This document shows, one piece after another, positions 45,647 to 60,131 of a DNA stretch of 64,000 nucleotides. Position numbers and translations under genes: made by a program. A model generated the notes under the pieces. That model had not been told where the DNA came from, did no database searches, and worked only from the letters and a program-made list of their open reading frames with translations. Origin of the DNA: Schizochytrium sp. TIO01 (Eukaryota; Protista; Bigyra: Labyrinthulomycetes); the NCBI GenBank assembly GCA_004764695.1, contig SMSO01000032.1, positions 4,372,483 to 4,436,482 of the forward strand, given 5' to 3'. The first letter of the stretch is position 1. The number at the start of each line of letters is the position of its first letter.

Positions 45647-48600
45647 TCATTTACAACTGTTAAAAAAAGTATCTGTTTATCTGCATAATCACTAGCACCT
45701 TGTATTCATAAGCCACACTAGGCTTTGCAAAACTTTCCTGTCATATTTTAGGCACACAATGTAGTCCTCAAGGGATTGGAATATGCTTCAACACTATAAC
45801 ACTTGATCGAAAATGTAATACTGTCGTGCCACGAAATATACAGAATAAATTCCAAGTTATAGTACTTTTGTGCTTATATCTCTATGCAAAGACTGAGGTT
45901 GCAAGGGTCGATTTGAGTCCCTCCTATATTTTTTTAGAATAAATATCAATGTTGTAAGGCTATCAGACTGGCAATTTTCCCCCAAGCAACCGAAGTAAGT
46001 TGGGACAGTGCGAGTCGAAGTAGCATTAAATATGTTTGCGAAAGTAGGACGATGAATATGGGTATGAAATAAATCTATCGCTGATATCCCCCATTGACGG
46101 AACAGGTGGACAAAACATTATTAGAGTTCTTGGCGTGTCATTGAAAGTCCTAAAATAGTTAGGACTACCATTGGATTAGAATTAAACAACTAAATACGTG
46201 GTGAGCTCCAAGGAAGTCAGCAAACCAAAGTGTACAGATACGTTTCTACGGTGAAATCTGAACTGATGGTTGAAGAGATAGTTTAGTCTTACATCTTTAA
46301 TCATGTCTATTGCAGATCAAAGTCTATCTGATCTCTTTATTATAAAATGGAATTGTCTGCCTGGGATTCTCAATTCCAAGCGTTACCGAAAACCAAAAAT
46401 TACGAATCCATCCTAATTATTCTCCAAATCTCTCGCCTTCACCTTCATAGTCAACCTCTAGTGACCAGATTCATCTAAATGCTAATCAATCAACTCAAGT
46501 GTGACTCGAAGCATCACATATCACAAAAAATATCCTGGCGTATTTGTGACGCTTTAGCTCAGAGCACTGGAATTTGTTCTGTCGTTCTACTGTAGATCAC
46601 CTTCAAACTCTACCGATAGAATAGGGGAGACAAAGCAAGAGCTATTCTAAAATAACGAAATGATTTAACAGACAGTCAACGCCTGGTTTGATCCTATGGC
46701 TTCGCTTATTATAAATCCAGCCTTCTGGTACCTATCATCCACTTGATATTATATCATAGCTCGTCCTTAAACAAAGTATCGACGCTAATTATTTACTCAA
46801 AAAAATGAACAAGGCGGAATTCTATTCATCGTCATTGCCTGACTGCCAGCTGAAAGCTTAGAAAAAAACCAATCAAAAGTAAATGGATATCGTGCATAAA
46901 GTCCATATTCACATACTATGCCTTGGGTTATTTCAGTTGATTTCTTTATACATCAAGTCGGTAGTTCTACACTACTTACTGAACGGTGAAACAACCCTAA
47001 GACAAAGCTTTGCAAGAAAAGAAGGATATCCTTCGTGAGTCCAGACCTCATGGGTCGTACACAGGTCGAATGTCCTATCCACCCCTCTGGTGAGTGAAGT
47101 CATAAAGATAGCAAAGGATGTTTATGTTGCAATGTGATAAATCGATCTAATTGGTTCCGTGAACACTCTAATAATGATATCAATTTCAGAGCGTAAGCAG
47201 CGGAAGTATATAGGAGACATTCTTCAGCAGGAAGCAGCTGTAAACCTGATTCACCTCTGCCTACTAAGTACCTGTTACCGTGACCTTCATGTGTACATCA
47301 GGTAGCACAATAGTCTTCCTGCCTTTTCCAAGTGAGTGGTTGAACAAAGGGAATATATATTAGTTTCATGAATTAGCTCTAGTTCTGAAAGACGGCTCTT
47401 CTTAGTACTGCACATCAAATTTTGTATGGGTGCGAAAGCTGCAACGATCACTCTTTTTGCGGTAAACTTTGAGGTTCGCAGAGAGTTGTGACGAAAATGG
47501 CTCATTCATTCTTCTCATAAGAAAGAGCAAAAACGAGACAATCCGTTGAGAGTCATCTTCGTGAACTGATGCATGGTGAGATTAGTTTACACAATACTGA
47601 TCAGTCACAGACGTGATATGATTGTAAAGAAGCATCCATCATACCAAGGCTGCCTATTTTTCAGCTCTCCAAAGCCTCGCAGCCCATTCATCAGCCACTT
47701 TCACTTGTCAGAAGCTACTTCTAGCAAAATCTTTACGTGGGTAGTCAGTACCAAACATACCTATCTACTATATATAATATATAGTAGATTAATGAACCTA
47801 TCATTGAGCCGTTGCACGCAACTTGCAAGACTCCTACTGTAAAACATAAGCTCCTGATTAACGATTAGTTCTCCTGGTCCGCGCCGATCTGATCAGTTAT
47901 GCCTGCTAAGGTTTTGCCTAGCCTCAACTGCACCTGCTTCAACTAATCATTTGCAAAGTTTTCAATATTCGTCAATAATTTGAGAGATGAAGTAGATACT
48001 GAGATCGACCATCACACCAATGACATGCTCATCATAGCAGGGCAATCAGTATGCAGTGAGGTGCCCAGCAGCACCTAGTAAGATCCAGAGTGAGAACGCG
48101 AGAGAAGTTGACTCGGCACGCGGAGGAAGAGATGGACAGGCAAAGCAAACAGGACTTAGGGAGGGAGGCATCAAAACAAAGTTGTTAAAACTGAACGAGG
48201 CGAAAGAAAGCGGCGGAGCAATGGAAGACACAATATGAGTAGTAGGTAGCAGGTCCCTACAGCCAGCCACTCGATCATACGAGAAGTCTGCGCAGGGGTG
48301 CTAGTGTTTTATAGTATCTGGATGCTAGGAGGCAAGACTTCTTTTGCCTGTCTGTTTGTCTATCTGGCTACCCCTATTGTATCTTATATCCCAAACACTA
48401 GGGCTCCCTCACCTGCAACAGTCAGTCACTCACGCATTCAGTATATACTAAGGCTCACCTAGACTAATCCATAAGCAGCCAATCCGTTCCGCGCTCGCGC
48501 CGGTAGAAGCAACCGGACCATACGGAGGTCTTAGTGTTTAGGTTATATGGGCTATGTCTTATCGGTGGGCCGTTATACACGCCGCGCTGGAAGCTCCTCT

Positions 48601-48983
48601 ACTTTGTGAGGAGTTTCACTTATAATGTATGATCGGGATTCCTGTTCCCCTCCCATCCACTGGGTGCAAAATTCAACTCCCTCACAAAAAGTGCATTATA
48701 TAAATATATGTACAGGCAACGGTCGCTACCTCTAAGTACACTGATGATATAAACAAGAGCAAGATGGAAGTTTTCAGTATTTGTTGTGAGGAACACCACT
48801 GGAGGCCAAAACAGGCCTCTTAGAGGGTTCTCCACTGGCAAGCCTCGACGGTTTGGCGCAGAGTGAGGGCAGCAAACTTTGCCGCATCGCAGCAAATCTC
48901 AATCAGCCTTTTGACGGTCGTGCCTAACAACACGCCGTTCACCCCAAGCCTTACTTTGCCTTCGTGCATTGTCCTCGAGTATC

Positions 48984-49125
48984 GTAAGTTTGATTCGCTT
49001 TCATTCGCTTCCATCCACTCCGGTTGTAGCAAAAGCAAAGCAGCGTTGTGCGGCTCTCAAGGTTTGGCCCTGATGCGATCGAAGAGCATAAACTAACTAG
49101 CCTCCGTCTTGGTTTCGTTTCACAG
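48984..49125 (+). other. Predicted 5'-UTR intron of alpha-tubulin
   Basis: GTAAGT donor at 48984, ACTAAC branch site at ~49092, pyrimidine tract and CACAG acceptor ending at 49125, 35 nt before the ATG. Confidence 0.7.
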
Positions 49126-49129
49126 TTAA

Positions 49130-50521
<1,392 letters not shown>

Positions 50522-52387
50522 ATGTACACCAAATTGTAACTTGGTTTTTTACCCTTGCACATCTCAACAAGGAATTCGTTTTGTGTACAGTCACATCTGT
50601 GAGCTGAAGACCACTTTATTCTTTGGTACACGAAATTTAATATCTGCTGTGTCGTTCTGGCCGTCTCCCAACATGAGACCGAGCTACAATGACCGCTTTC
50701 GGTTTGTATCCGAGACTAAGTTTGATTTAGCTTTGTTTAGGTTCACTTGTTCAAAAAACGATTTCTTTTTGTGTATTTTATTTCATTTTGATGTCTCGAC
50801 TTTCTTGCTCGAGGTGATTCAAGGAGCATATGTTTGTGAATTCCTGTTTAAATGATAGTCGTTATATCTATAAAAACTCGTTACTTGAAAAGTAAAATAC
50901 CCACTCCAGGGTTCTTGTGTGAATGCAAATGAGGATTGTTTGAATCGCGCCTTGTAGGTACATCTTTTGAAGCGTGCAGGTTCCTTTAGCTAGAATGATG
51001 AAGCTTATGCAGACAAGCTAAAGTGCAACAACAAGTCATGGTTCAAGTTGATTTTCCTGAGGCATGTTTCTTGTTTCAGAAAAAGTTATTTCGATCGGTG
51101 ATGGCATGGTCTTTTGCTTATTTTTCAAACATTCTTCTGATATCCAACGGTAAATGATATTTTTGCTATTGCGAATCCGATAAAGCAAGCATGATCGATA
51201 CAAAGGAAATAAGAAGGATGTTAGATCTTAGTCAGAGAGTCTGACACACACCAGTGATGGAATAACTCATGGATGAGTACGGTGATCAATACAAACACTC
51301 GCATGATTACGAAGACATAAAAGTTGCTACACCACATCTTTTTGTGTTGTACAATGGACTTACAGACGCTCTCGTGGATTTGCCGAATCAATCACCCATG
51401 ACTGACAAGAGCAGCATTGGTAAGAATGATAGCTATGAGTTGACCAATCGTTAGCTCAACTACAAGTACAATTTCTGTAAGTGAGAACATGAGTACTTCC
51501 CAACTCGATACAGGGCATATATAATGTTGACTAAGACCAGAAATCAATCTCCCCAAGAGCATAGACGGGATAAAGTCAGAAAGCGAAGAAAAGAGTGAGT
51601 AGTGCAAATAAAAAAACAAAATAAATAATAATGCAGTCGCCTCAGGAGGAGGGCGGGCGAGATGATGGGTTGGCGATGATATCCTTAAATCCATTCTCGG
51701 ACGAATTTCTCTTTCAATGAGATTGACCAAAACGTGTTCAACCATGCTCTATCTCTAAGTCCTTTCACACAAGAAAAGATCAAAAAGAAATAACATACTT
51801 TATAGAAAAGCCTTCTCCATGCTTGATACACTACAGCTAAAAGCTAATTTAATGTGATTTGCACCCCTTCCTTCGAACTTTGTCTCTTCAACTTGAAACC
51901 TGGTGTAGCAATTCCACAGGTGTAGAACAACAAATATATATCGAAATGTTTGATTCGTGTTGTCAATGATCTCAGGTGTCAAGGGATGACTACTACTGAA
52001 AATCAGAATTTCTTTTCAAATATCTTTTGTATAGTCAAATCACCTCATTGGAGTCTCTCTGGAAGAGCTACTTAGCCTGGTCAATATAAACCTGTCTTAG
52101 GAGGTCGAAGTCTGGGTTGGGTTCCCTTCTAGATGGGTTTGTGCCTTTGTGTTGCTGAATCCATTTCCAACACTCCTTTTCGAAGAATTAAGAGACTCAT
52201 TTCAAGTGTCCTACTGAAAGCGACTCTTCGTTTAGCACTTTCATGATTAGATTCCGAGCGCTACCATGATGATAATACAAGTGAACAAGAGAATTCGCTT
52301 AACCTTTGGCTCAAACTCTGCATTCTAGCAAAACCGAAACTCTCTACCCCGAAAAGTAAAAGCTACGTCAATTAAAGAGAGCTCACA

Positions 52388-53046
52388 ATGGGGAAGTTGG
52401 CCATTCCAGAAAATGATTTACAAACGAAAGAACCGTCAGAGATAATGTGGACTCTTCAGCAGAAACTGTTAGCCAAAGCAGATCAGGTAAGTACAATGGA
52501 TTCTGCGAAAATCAAAAGTCAGTTCTACGCCGACACACGTGAGTACATGACAATGATTTTCGCGTGGATAGCCCAAGAGAAGAAGAAAACTCTACAAGAG
52601 CAAGATGCACACCAAGGCTACACGCAAGGCCCTTGATTCCGAACGAGAAGCGCTTATGGCCACAGAAGAAGCACTCAAGGCTGAGCAAGAAGCACACAAG
52701 GATACCAAAGAAGCACTGCAGACTGATCGCAATAGCCGCTGAAGTGCTATTTGAAAATAAACAAGATTCGTCTAAAATTGGAGAAGCAGAACTATTGATT
52801 GATGCTTGTATACTTAGTAGCGAGCTCTCTGAAGACATTCTTGGACTCAGTCAGGAGAATGGAAGATTTCTAAAGCAAGTACAGATCCTGACGCGAGACA
52901 ACAGCAATATTGTCGAGGGCAGTATGGCCATTGGAGCAAAACACGACCAATCCCAAGGTCAACATTTTGTAGTGGATCTCATGTGTAGGGTCGAAGAATT
53001 GGAGCAGATTTTTTCAGCTCTGCCATCTAAACCAACTACTTTGTAG
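52388..53046 (+). pseudogene. Frameshifted coiled-coil gene, copy 1 of tandem pair
   Basis: Homologous to 53426-54228 across three frames. An extra G at ~52617 and a small deletion at ~52734 break the frame; restoring them gives EQDAHQATRKALDSEREALMATEEALKAEQEAHKDTKEALQ. Confidence 0.7.
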
Positions 53047-53071
53047 ACCTTAAACATAAAAATCAACTTCC

Positions 53072-53094
53072 TTTTTTTTTTTTTTTTTTTTTTT
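53072..53094. repeat. Poly-T tract (23 nt)
   Basis: Directly visible, 26 nt after the stop of copy 1 and between the two paralogues. Confidence 0.9.
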
Positions 53095-53425
53095 GGAACA
53101 CTATTCGAGGACTCCGTGCCTTATCTCGAAGTGTCTTTTACCTTGGCGACAAAACCGCACACAACTCTGAATCTATGATAATCCACCTCGAAATCAATTT
53201 CGGTCAGGACAATCCATTTCTCCGTCCACGTTCCGGCCTTAGTTATTTTCTCTCGTGAAAGGTTAAGGTTTACCTAGCCAGGAGTTGATATGATGCGCTC
53301 TGGAAGTCTTCCAAAGCAATGATGCAAGTTATACAAGCGTGTTGGTTGGGTCTAAGTTCCAGCTCTCCATCTCAATACAACCAAAACTTAAATTCTCCAT
53401 TCCCCCCATTCAACCAGAAGGCAAC

Positions 53426-54228
53426 ATGGTCGTCTCTAAAGAGATATTCTGGGCAAAGTCTCCGTCAGAAATAATATGGGAAGCCAGCAGGACTTGATGA
53501 GCAAGTTAGACGAAGCTTCTATGTACTACTTGCTTCCAGAGGTATTTTTAAATGAAACTAATATGTATCTGAAGATACTTCTTAATTTGATGACAGAAGT
53601 AAGGCAAAAAACTACTCAAGAACAAGAAGCACATCAGACCACCCTCCAGGCACTTGTAGATGTGCAAAAGGTGCATCAGGCTAAAACCGAAGAGCTCGAA
53701 GCTGAACAAAAGGCACACGAAGGCACCAAGAAAGCACTGCAAATCGAACTTAATACCAACGCAGTCGCCAGATCAGCGCTTGAGAACGGGCAAAATGCAT
53801 CTGGGGACCAACAGGCGAAATTCAGTTTTTATCCTCGTACAGACAATGACGAACTCATTCAGGAGGTCGTTGAGCTTTTTTGGGAGGAGAGAAGACTCCT
53901 GGAGCAAATCAAGATCCTGGAGCAAGATAGCAACATAGGTGTGGAAGATTATGTGGTTAAGGAGGCAACAGAAGGCCAAGACCAAAACACAAAGCTCAAA
54001 GAACGTAAAGCCATGAGTACAGAGGTTGGAAAACTCCAGAGAGAGCTTCAAGCCGAAAGAAAACTTCACAAGGACACCAGAGAAAAAGTTCGGATCAACA
54101 AAAAGGCGAATAAAATTCTTAGAATAAAGCTTGAGACCGAGCAAGAGGCACACCAAGCTACGAAAGCGGCGCTTGAGGCCGAGCAAGAGGCACATAAGGC
54201 AACAAAGGCATCTTTTGTTATTAAGTGA
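53426..54228 (+). CDS. Coiled-coil protein with 14-aa EQEAHxxTKxALxx repeats, copy 2 (N-terminus frameshifted; longest ORF 53476-54228)
   Basis: Repeats EQEAHQTTLQALVD, EQKAHEGTKKALQI, ERKLHKDTREKVRI, EQEAHQATKAALEA and EQEAHKATKASF. The upstream MVVSKEIFWAKSPSEIIW (ATG 53426) matches copy 1 KEPSEIMW but is one base out of frame. Confidence 0.65.
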
Positions 54229-55894
54229 AAAGTATATACGGCCAAACAACTGACTTAAGGCCCTGAATTACAAGTTACTCTTTCAATTGTTCTAATTACT
54301 TGACAATCATATCAATTTCATTGAATGCACCACGACAATAACAGTGATCCAGTGATTCTTCTGTAGTTGGTAATCGTTTGTTGCTCGGCATAATAAAATG
54401 TGCTTTGATTGCAGCGCCACTATCGATTGCGAATTCCAAATCCCTTGAATACTGGACTTGCACAATTTTTACAATTCGTTGCGCATGGCAGCTCATCGGT
54501 TGTAAAGAACGAGAATCACAATGATGCACCACATAGAGTCCTCCAATATCTTGCAAATATCAATATACAATGGTGCCCCTCCCCATGAAAAATTACGACC
54601 TTCGGTTGCGTAGGAGAGCAGCAAAACAGTCTGCTATTGTTGACTTTGCATGAGGTACACAGCAACGCCCGTGCTAAGCACATCATGACTCTTCTATTCA
54701 AAGAATGTGCAAGTCTGCACACCATTGAAGTTTGACTCTCATGCTTGCCATTGTCTCCACGCTGGCTGTCTACTACCAAAATTGCTTAGGTTAAAATCTT
54801 GCTCTGCTTCCTTGTAAGAAGCAGAACTCGAGCATTGGAAACAAGAGGATAAAAAAGTGTTCATAATTAGTAATGTTGATAGCAATGACCATAACTGTAG
54901 TATTAATAACAAAGCAAGCAAGCAAACAAACGGCATAACAGGAAACGAGAACAATTTAATGAAGGTACCAATTTTGTCTCTTTGGTAGGGACTTTGACCA
55001 AGTAGGCGTGGACTAGGTCATAAAATACGCCTCCTTTAGAAAGTTCTCAAAACCCCAGAATCTGGAACCCCTATTGCACAGGAAGTTAGCTGTATGGCTT
55101 GCAAATAGTGGATATGAATGTATGTGTTGCAACAGAGGAACCCTCTGTTGAATAGACCTTCCAAGCTGCTCCTAGCACTCCTTTAGTAGGAACCGCATAA
55201 GGATATGGAGTGGCAGTATTCATTTAATATGGTGCTCCAGGGGTTTCACATAAGTGTAAGGCCCTGTGACGCTCCACTACAAGGTGCGAAAGAACCCTAT
55301 ATGCATATTGTCGCACTTGGATGGGACGCGAACACGTAAAAATTACCCTTCACTCAACTCTATTTGAATGCCTTTATGGCGGTGTAGTAACTTCAATGTA
55401 GAGCAATCTTAAACGCGAAGTCTTCGAGATGAATCTCAACGTGAGTCACTACAGCTACTTATTGCGAACACCTAGCTTCCATAGCACTGCAGGCTGCATA
55501 TCCATGGGTTTCAATAACTTATAGACAACAACAACAAGAAACCGATTATTGGACCCTTTGTATTTATAGACATACTGTGTGTTGAGCAGCTTCAGAACAA
55601 ACGAACAGGAGCACGCAATTTAGGACTCGACGAACGTGCAAATACCACATCTCACTAACAGTTCTGGACTTCTGATGATGATTCATTAAAGTCGCGGATA
55701 TACAAAGGCTCGAAAGAATAGACCGAAATGGGGAAATATGTGGTTCTCATCATTACTGAAATAAAAAGGTTCATTTGGAGTTCCAGTGAATGATGTAATA
55801 TCATTTAGACATGCATGCAGTGGGAAAGAATACTGGTCCTTATGAAAAGAATATATGGAGAGAATGGTTACTGAGGAACTACACGATATTCAAA

Positions 55895-57424
55895 TCACGC
55901 AGTCGGGATCTTGCCATCTTTACACTCAACAGTGCAATCCGGCCATTTTGTCTGGAGCAAAGGTACTATCTTCGGTGCATAGCGACGGTTCATCTTACGT
56001 TGCCAATCAACAGGCAGGTCTTCGAAGGAGAGCCAGAGTGAGTAGCCACCATCCTCACGTTTTTGGCCACAATATTGGCATGTTGTAGCACCCGCTTCAT
56101 TCTGGCCAAAGCACATTGTTTCGAAGCGAGTTCTGTAGCAAGAAGCACAGCGCCATGGATCTTTAGGCCCAGGTGCGTTAGACGGATCAAGAACAAAAGT
56201 TACGGGCGGGGGCATACTAGAGGGCCGAGGTGGTCCCTTGACAGATGGGTCATCGATAGCCAGAATACTTTCGAAACGCCAGCGCTTCCAGTCCTCAGGG
56301 TGTGCCTTCTTATCGCTCTCGTTCGCTTGAACTATATCTTCGATTTCCCCAACAGCGGGCTTAAAGTAGGATTCTTGGTGCACTCGAGGGGCGTTCTCGG
56401 CTTCTTTCTCACCATAAATCTCGATTTGAGCCATGCGTGGGCCTGCAGGAGGCAAACCATTAAAATGCCAGAGCTGCAGAGGTGGTTTGTACTGGTCAAG
56501 TTGCTCATCACTGAATAACAGGGTGAAGTGGTCGCCGGAGTGAAGAACCCAAACAGGCTGGGCCGGGGTCTTGAGACGATCATTGACGGGAATTCCAGTC
56601 TCCAATTCACTAAAACTTAGCAACCCGATACCCGTCGGAACGTCGATGTTGACCTTCTCGCCACCAAATGGAGCATAGGCCCCAACACCTCCAGCAGCGC
56701 GACCTGTGAGTAGAAGCATCAGAAGTTCGCTAGTACACAGCTGATGAGGGCCTACGACAAGTGGGAGTTCGCCGCCATAGCTTAACACATCTTGGCGCAC
56801 TTGGTCAATGCCATGCGAAAGAATGCAGCTGCACAGAAGCACCTCCAGGAAGCCAGCGGTACAGTAATCGGCAATATGTTCAATAATGGTGGATTCTACT
56901 TCTCCCAACTTGGCGTGCGTGGTGTCCATACCATCATGCTTGCGACCGTGACGCCAGTAGCAAACAACAACCTCATTCTTGCCGACAGTTGTTGCACAAA
57001 GCTCGAGGATAGTGGCGATGACGTGAGCATACTCATCATCACTGACAGACTTACCCATAACGGGCTCACCGCGTTGCAGGCGTTGTGCGACAACTACACC
57101 TTGTAGTACAGCAAGAATGCCACACGGCCCGTTTTTAACTTGGGAGATACCGATTCCATCTTGATACCAGTCGAGCGTTTGATCTTTCCAAGCGTCAGCG
57201 GGTGACTCGCTCCAGAGAATTTGGCGGAGTTCAAAATCGTTGAGGTAGTCCGGACCCGAGGGTGTGGTGTTGGATCCAGTTGCACCTGAGCTCATGCCGC
57301 CGTCTCCGCCCATCATAGAAAAGTATAGGTTGATAGCAGTCTCCATGTCACCGCCGGCCATTTCGAGAAAGTTTTGCGCTTCCTCAGTAGACATACCGGT
57401 CATGCTCTGTAGTTGTTCCGCCAT
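55895..57424 (-). CDS. MINDY-3/4 (FAM188)-family deubiquitinase with N-terminal UBA-like domain and C-terminal RanBP2/NZF-like zinc finger
   Basis: Catalytic QVKNGPCGILA, ELLMLLLTGRA, IGLLS, LKTPAQPVWVLHSGDHFTLLF and LQTKWP. UBA-like QSMTGMSTEEAQNFLEMAGGDMETAINLYF. Zinc finger WRCASC...N-x6-CQYCG. Confidence 0.88.
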   Translation of the reverse strand: MAEQLQSMTGMSTEEAQNFLEMAGGDMETAINLYFSMMGGDGGMSSGATGSNTTPSGPDYLNDFELRQILWSESPADAWKDQTLDWYQDGIGISQVKNGPCGILAVLQGVVVAQRLQRGEPVMGKSVSDDEYAHVIATILELCATTVGKNEVVVCYWRHGRKHDGMDTTHAKLGEVESTIIEHIADYCTAGFLEVLLCSCILSHGIDQVRQDVLSYGGELPLVVGPHQLCTSELLMLLLTGRAAGGVGAYAPFGGEKVNIDVPTGIGLLSFSELETGIPVNDRLKTPAQPVWVLHSGDHFTLLFSDEQLDQYKPPLQLWHFNGLPPAGPRMAQIEIYGEKEAENAPRVHQESYFKPAVGEIEDIVQANESDKKAHPEDWKRWRFESILAIDDPSVKGPPRPSSMPPPVTFVLDPSNAPGPKDPWRCASCYRTRFETMCFGQNEAGATTCQYCGQKREDGGYSLWLSFEDLPVDWQRKMNRRYAPKIVPLLQTKWPDCTVECKDGKIPTA

Positions 57425-59556
57425 GTTGGCTTATTCAATATTAATAACCTTTCTGCAACTCAGGTTGCGTTTGTCTCTGGCACCTTGAGCTGTCCTCTCG
57501 CTTCTGGCTTTCGTATTTAAACTGCTTGGAAATGGTTTAGCGAAGCGCACGTTATCTTCTTCCCTCCTTCTGGGTGTACACTCCTAGCACGACTATTAGT
57601 AACCCTAGCAGGTTAGGTCTTTGTATGTGAGTCACATTTTATGCTCTTTTTTGGAGAGTACCTATGTAAACAGACTGAATCAAGGTCTTCTCTCCCTGAG
57701 GGATTGGGGTGTACCTCTGCTAGTCGTTAGAGGCAATAATGACCGTGTGCATGCCTAAAAGCTGTGTACTGCAAACATACCTGCGATACTTAATTGCGCA
57801 ACAAGGCTCGGGTGAGCCGGTACATGGCTCTGAACTGAAGTCTTTCGAATATATACGTGAAGGACTCTTACACTAGCGAAACCAACAGTCGGGCTTGTGG
57901 TGACTTTTTTTACATGAAATGATGACGATATGGTCCATGAATTCGCACCCGAAGCACAACAATGGCCCCTTTAATGACAAGTTAGATTGTTAATTTGACT
58001 GGAGCTCCAACGCAAGAGAACTTCTCTTGTTTCATTGACTGGCTTCGAGTTCTGAACCCAAATGCAGATTTCCTGTGAAGAATTTAGAAAAGCATAGAAA
58101 ACTGGAAACTTAATCATTTAATCTCCAGAAATCAGTAGAATTAGGCGGGCCAATCCCATAGATTATCTCTTTTGGCTTCGTGAGATGCCAAATCGACAAA
58201 CGAAACTGCTTGCAAAAGCATCGCAATATTTTTAGCACCTACAAATGCAAAATTAAAATCACCCCAAATGGCTTTTAAGATATAGATCTTCGCAGACTCA
58301 TGTTGGTATTGTGTGCACAAAATCAACATCTTAAACATTGCAGATTCCCTATTTACGATTTGAAGTAAAACAAATGCTCTCACATTGTACTTTTTACAAA
58401 GAGGTTACAATACCTCATATTCATGAGAATGTTCGTGCCTCAGGCTAGCTATCAGCCCAAGTAAACACTCCAATGGTGTTTAGGTCGGCCTAGATCTAAA
58501 TGTAAAATTTCAGGGAACTTGAGGGTGAACCAAATAAGCCATAAGATTTTAATTTCGAAGGTCGAAGCTACTTTTGTTAATTACATACGAAGAATTTATG
58601 AAAGCATCGTTTGTAGACCCTTGTGAAATCTATCATCCAATTTCGGTCTTACGCTATTGTCTGTGAAAGGGAGAAATTTATTCGTGTTCAATATGGTCTA
58701 GGGTTTAGCAAAGTACAAGTAATCTTAAGCATCTATAAGTCTAAAAGACTTAGCTGTACAACTCTGTGTAGAACAGTACAATATAGATGGGCCTGCCCAT
58801 TCAGAATTATGTTAAGATCAAGCGACTTCTTCCTCTTCGGCTTCTTGAAGCCTTCCAGTTATAGCGAAGTATTTAACAATCAAGCTCTAGCTAGATGGCT
58901 CAGCACTTAATGAAATGAACAGCGGAAGATGTAAGAAAACATTTTTAAGACGAGGTCCTATTACTTTGGATCAAAGATTGATAATAGCGGATTTAGCGGA
59001 TTTTCATCGTACGAGTTTTTACTATGTCATTTTGGTCCAAAGATGTGAATTACCTACTATAACTAGTAGTTGGGCACTAGCTCTCTTCCGAAAGTAAAAG
59101 GTATCTTTGTCTCTCTAGCTAGAGCAGGATAATGTCTATCTCACTTTCGTTATTTGAATAGTTTTATAAATTCGCTCAGAGTGAATACATGGGTGATTGT
59201 TAGGAAAAGTATGGCATTCCTTGTCTAGATACTAGAGTACTAGAGTACTAGAGGAGTAGGTTCGTTGAAGTTGTTGATAATCAACTCAGAATTCTATTAA
59301 GATTACTAGACATAGGTGCCTCCGTAATCCGGGAGCCTCCATGTTGTTTCAATTAACTAATCATATGAAATACATTTTGATACCATGGTAGCCAAAGAAG
59401 AACTTTCTTCGTTCTTGTCTACTACTATCGTGGTATTCTCTTATTCAAGCTCTTTAACGGTGAGAACTACATAGAGCGCAGGCTTTCTAAGTAGATTGGC
59501 TACTTTCACTAAGTACCAGGGGTACTACCTAGGAGTTAAGTACTGCTACTGCCTAC

Positions 59557-59582
59557 CAGTCAGTCAGTCAGTCAGTCAGTCA
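59557..59582. repeat. (CAGT)6 microsatellite
   Basis: Directly visible. Confidence 0.9.
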
Positions 59583-59983
59583 CGAAACGGCATCGCAATT
59601 TCTTTCAAGTCTCAATTTCTCTCTCGTTGAACTTTCAATTTCTATGAAGCAGCATCTTTGAAATTGTTGGAGGGCCAAGACCGTAGCTAGCCTAGATGCA
59701 TACCTACTTCCTAGCTAGGTGCTTGGTCTCTGTCCTTCTCGCCTGCTTCCGGCCTCGCCTTCCTCAGCACGAGCGGCCACGTCAGAGCTAAGTAGAGAGA
59801 TAGAGAGATAGAGAGATGGAGAGATGGAGGGATAGGAGTTGGAGAGTTCAGATTTCGCGTGAAAGTTCTGGGTTCTCCGGACTCGAATGGGACGCGACCA
59901 TCACGGCCTCAGACGTACCTCCCCCCCTCCTAGAGACTAAGGCGCCTAGCAGAACCCACGATGGGTTACTCATTCACCTAGTG

Positions 59984-60055
59984 GGGAGGGAGGGAGGGAG
60001 GGAGGGAGGGAGGGAGGTAGCTGGCATGCTAGCCGCCTGTCTGTTTGTCTATCTA

Positions 60056-60094
<39 letters not shown>

Positions 60095-60131
60095 GTCTGT
60101 CTGTCTGTCTGCCTGCCTGCCTGCCTGTCTG
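59984..60131. repeat. (GGGA)8 followed by compound (TCTG/TCTA/CCTG)n microsatellite
   Basis: Directly visible tetranucleotide arrays at 59984-60017 and 60037-60131. Confidence 0.9.

Noticed and set aside
45900-47900. Possible decayed coding sequence between the mastigoneme gene and tubulin
   Set aside because: Only short ORFs, with no motif I can support.
51180-51750. Short ORFs downstream of tubulin
   Set aside because: Multiple stops and no recognisable homology, including to the neighbouring coiled-coil pair.
54296-54954. Fragmentary ORFs with a faint ankyrin-like look (LQYLA...NGAP)
   Set aside because: Too degenerate in both orientations to support a pseudogene call without a search.
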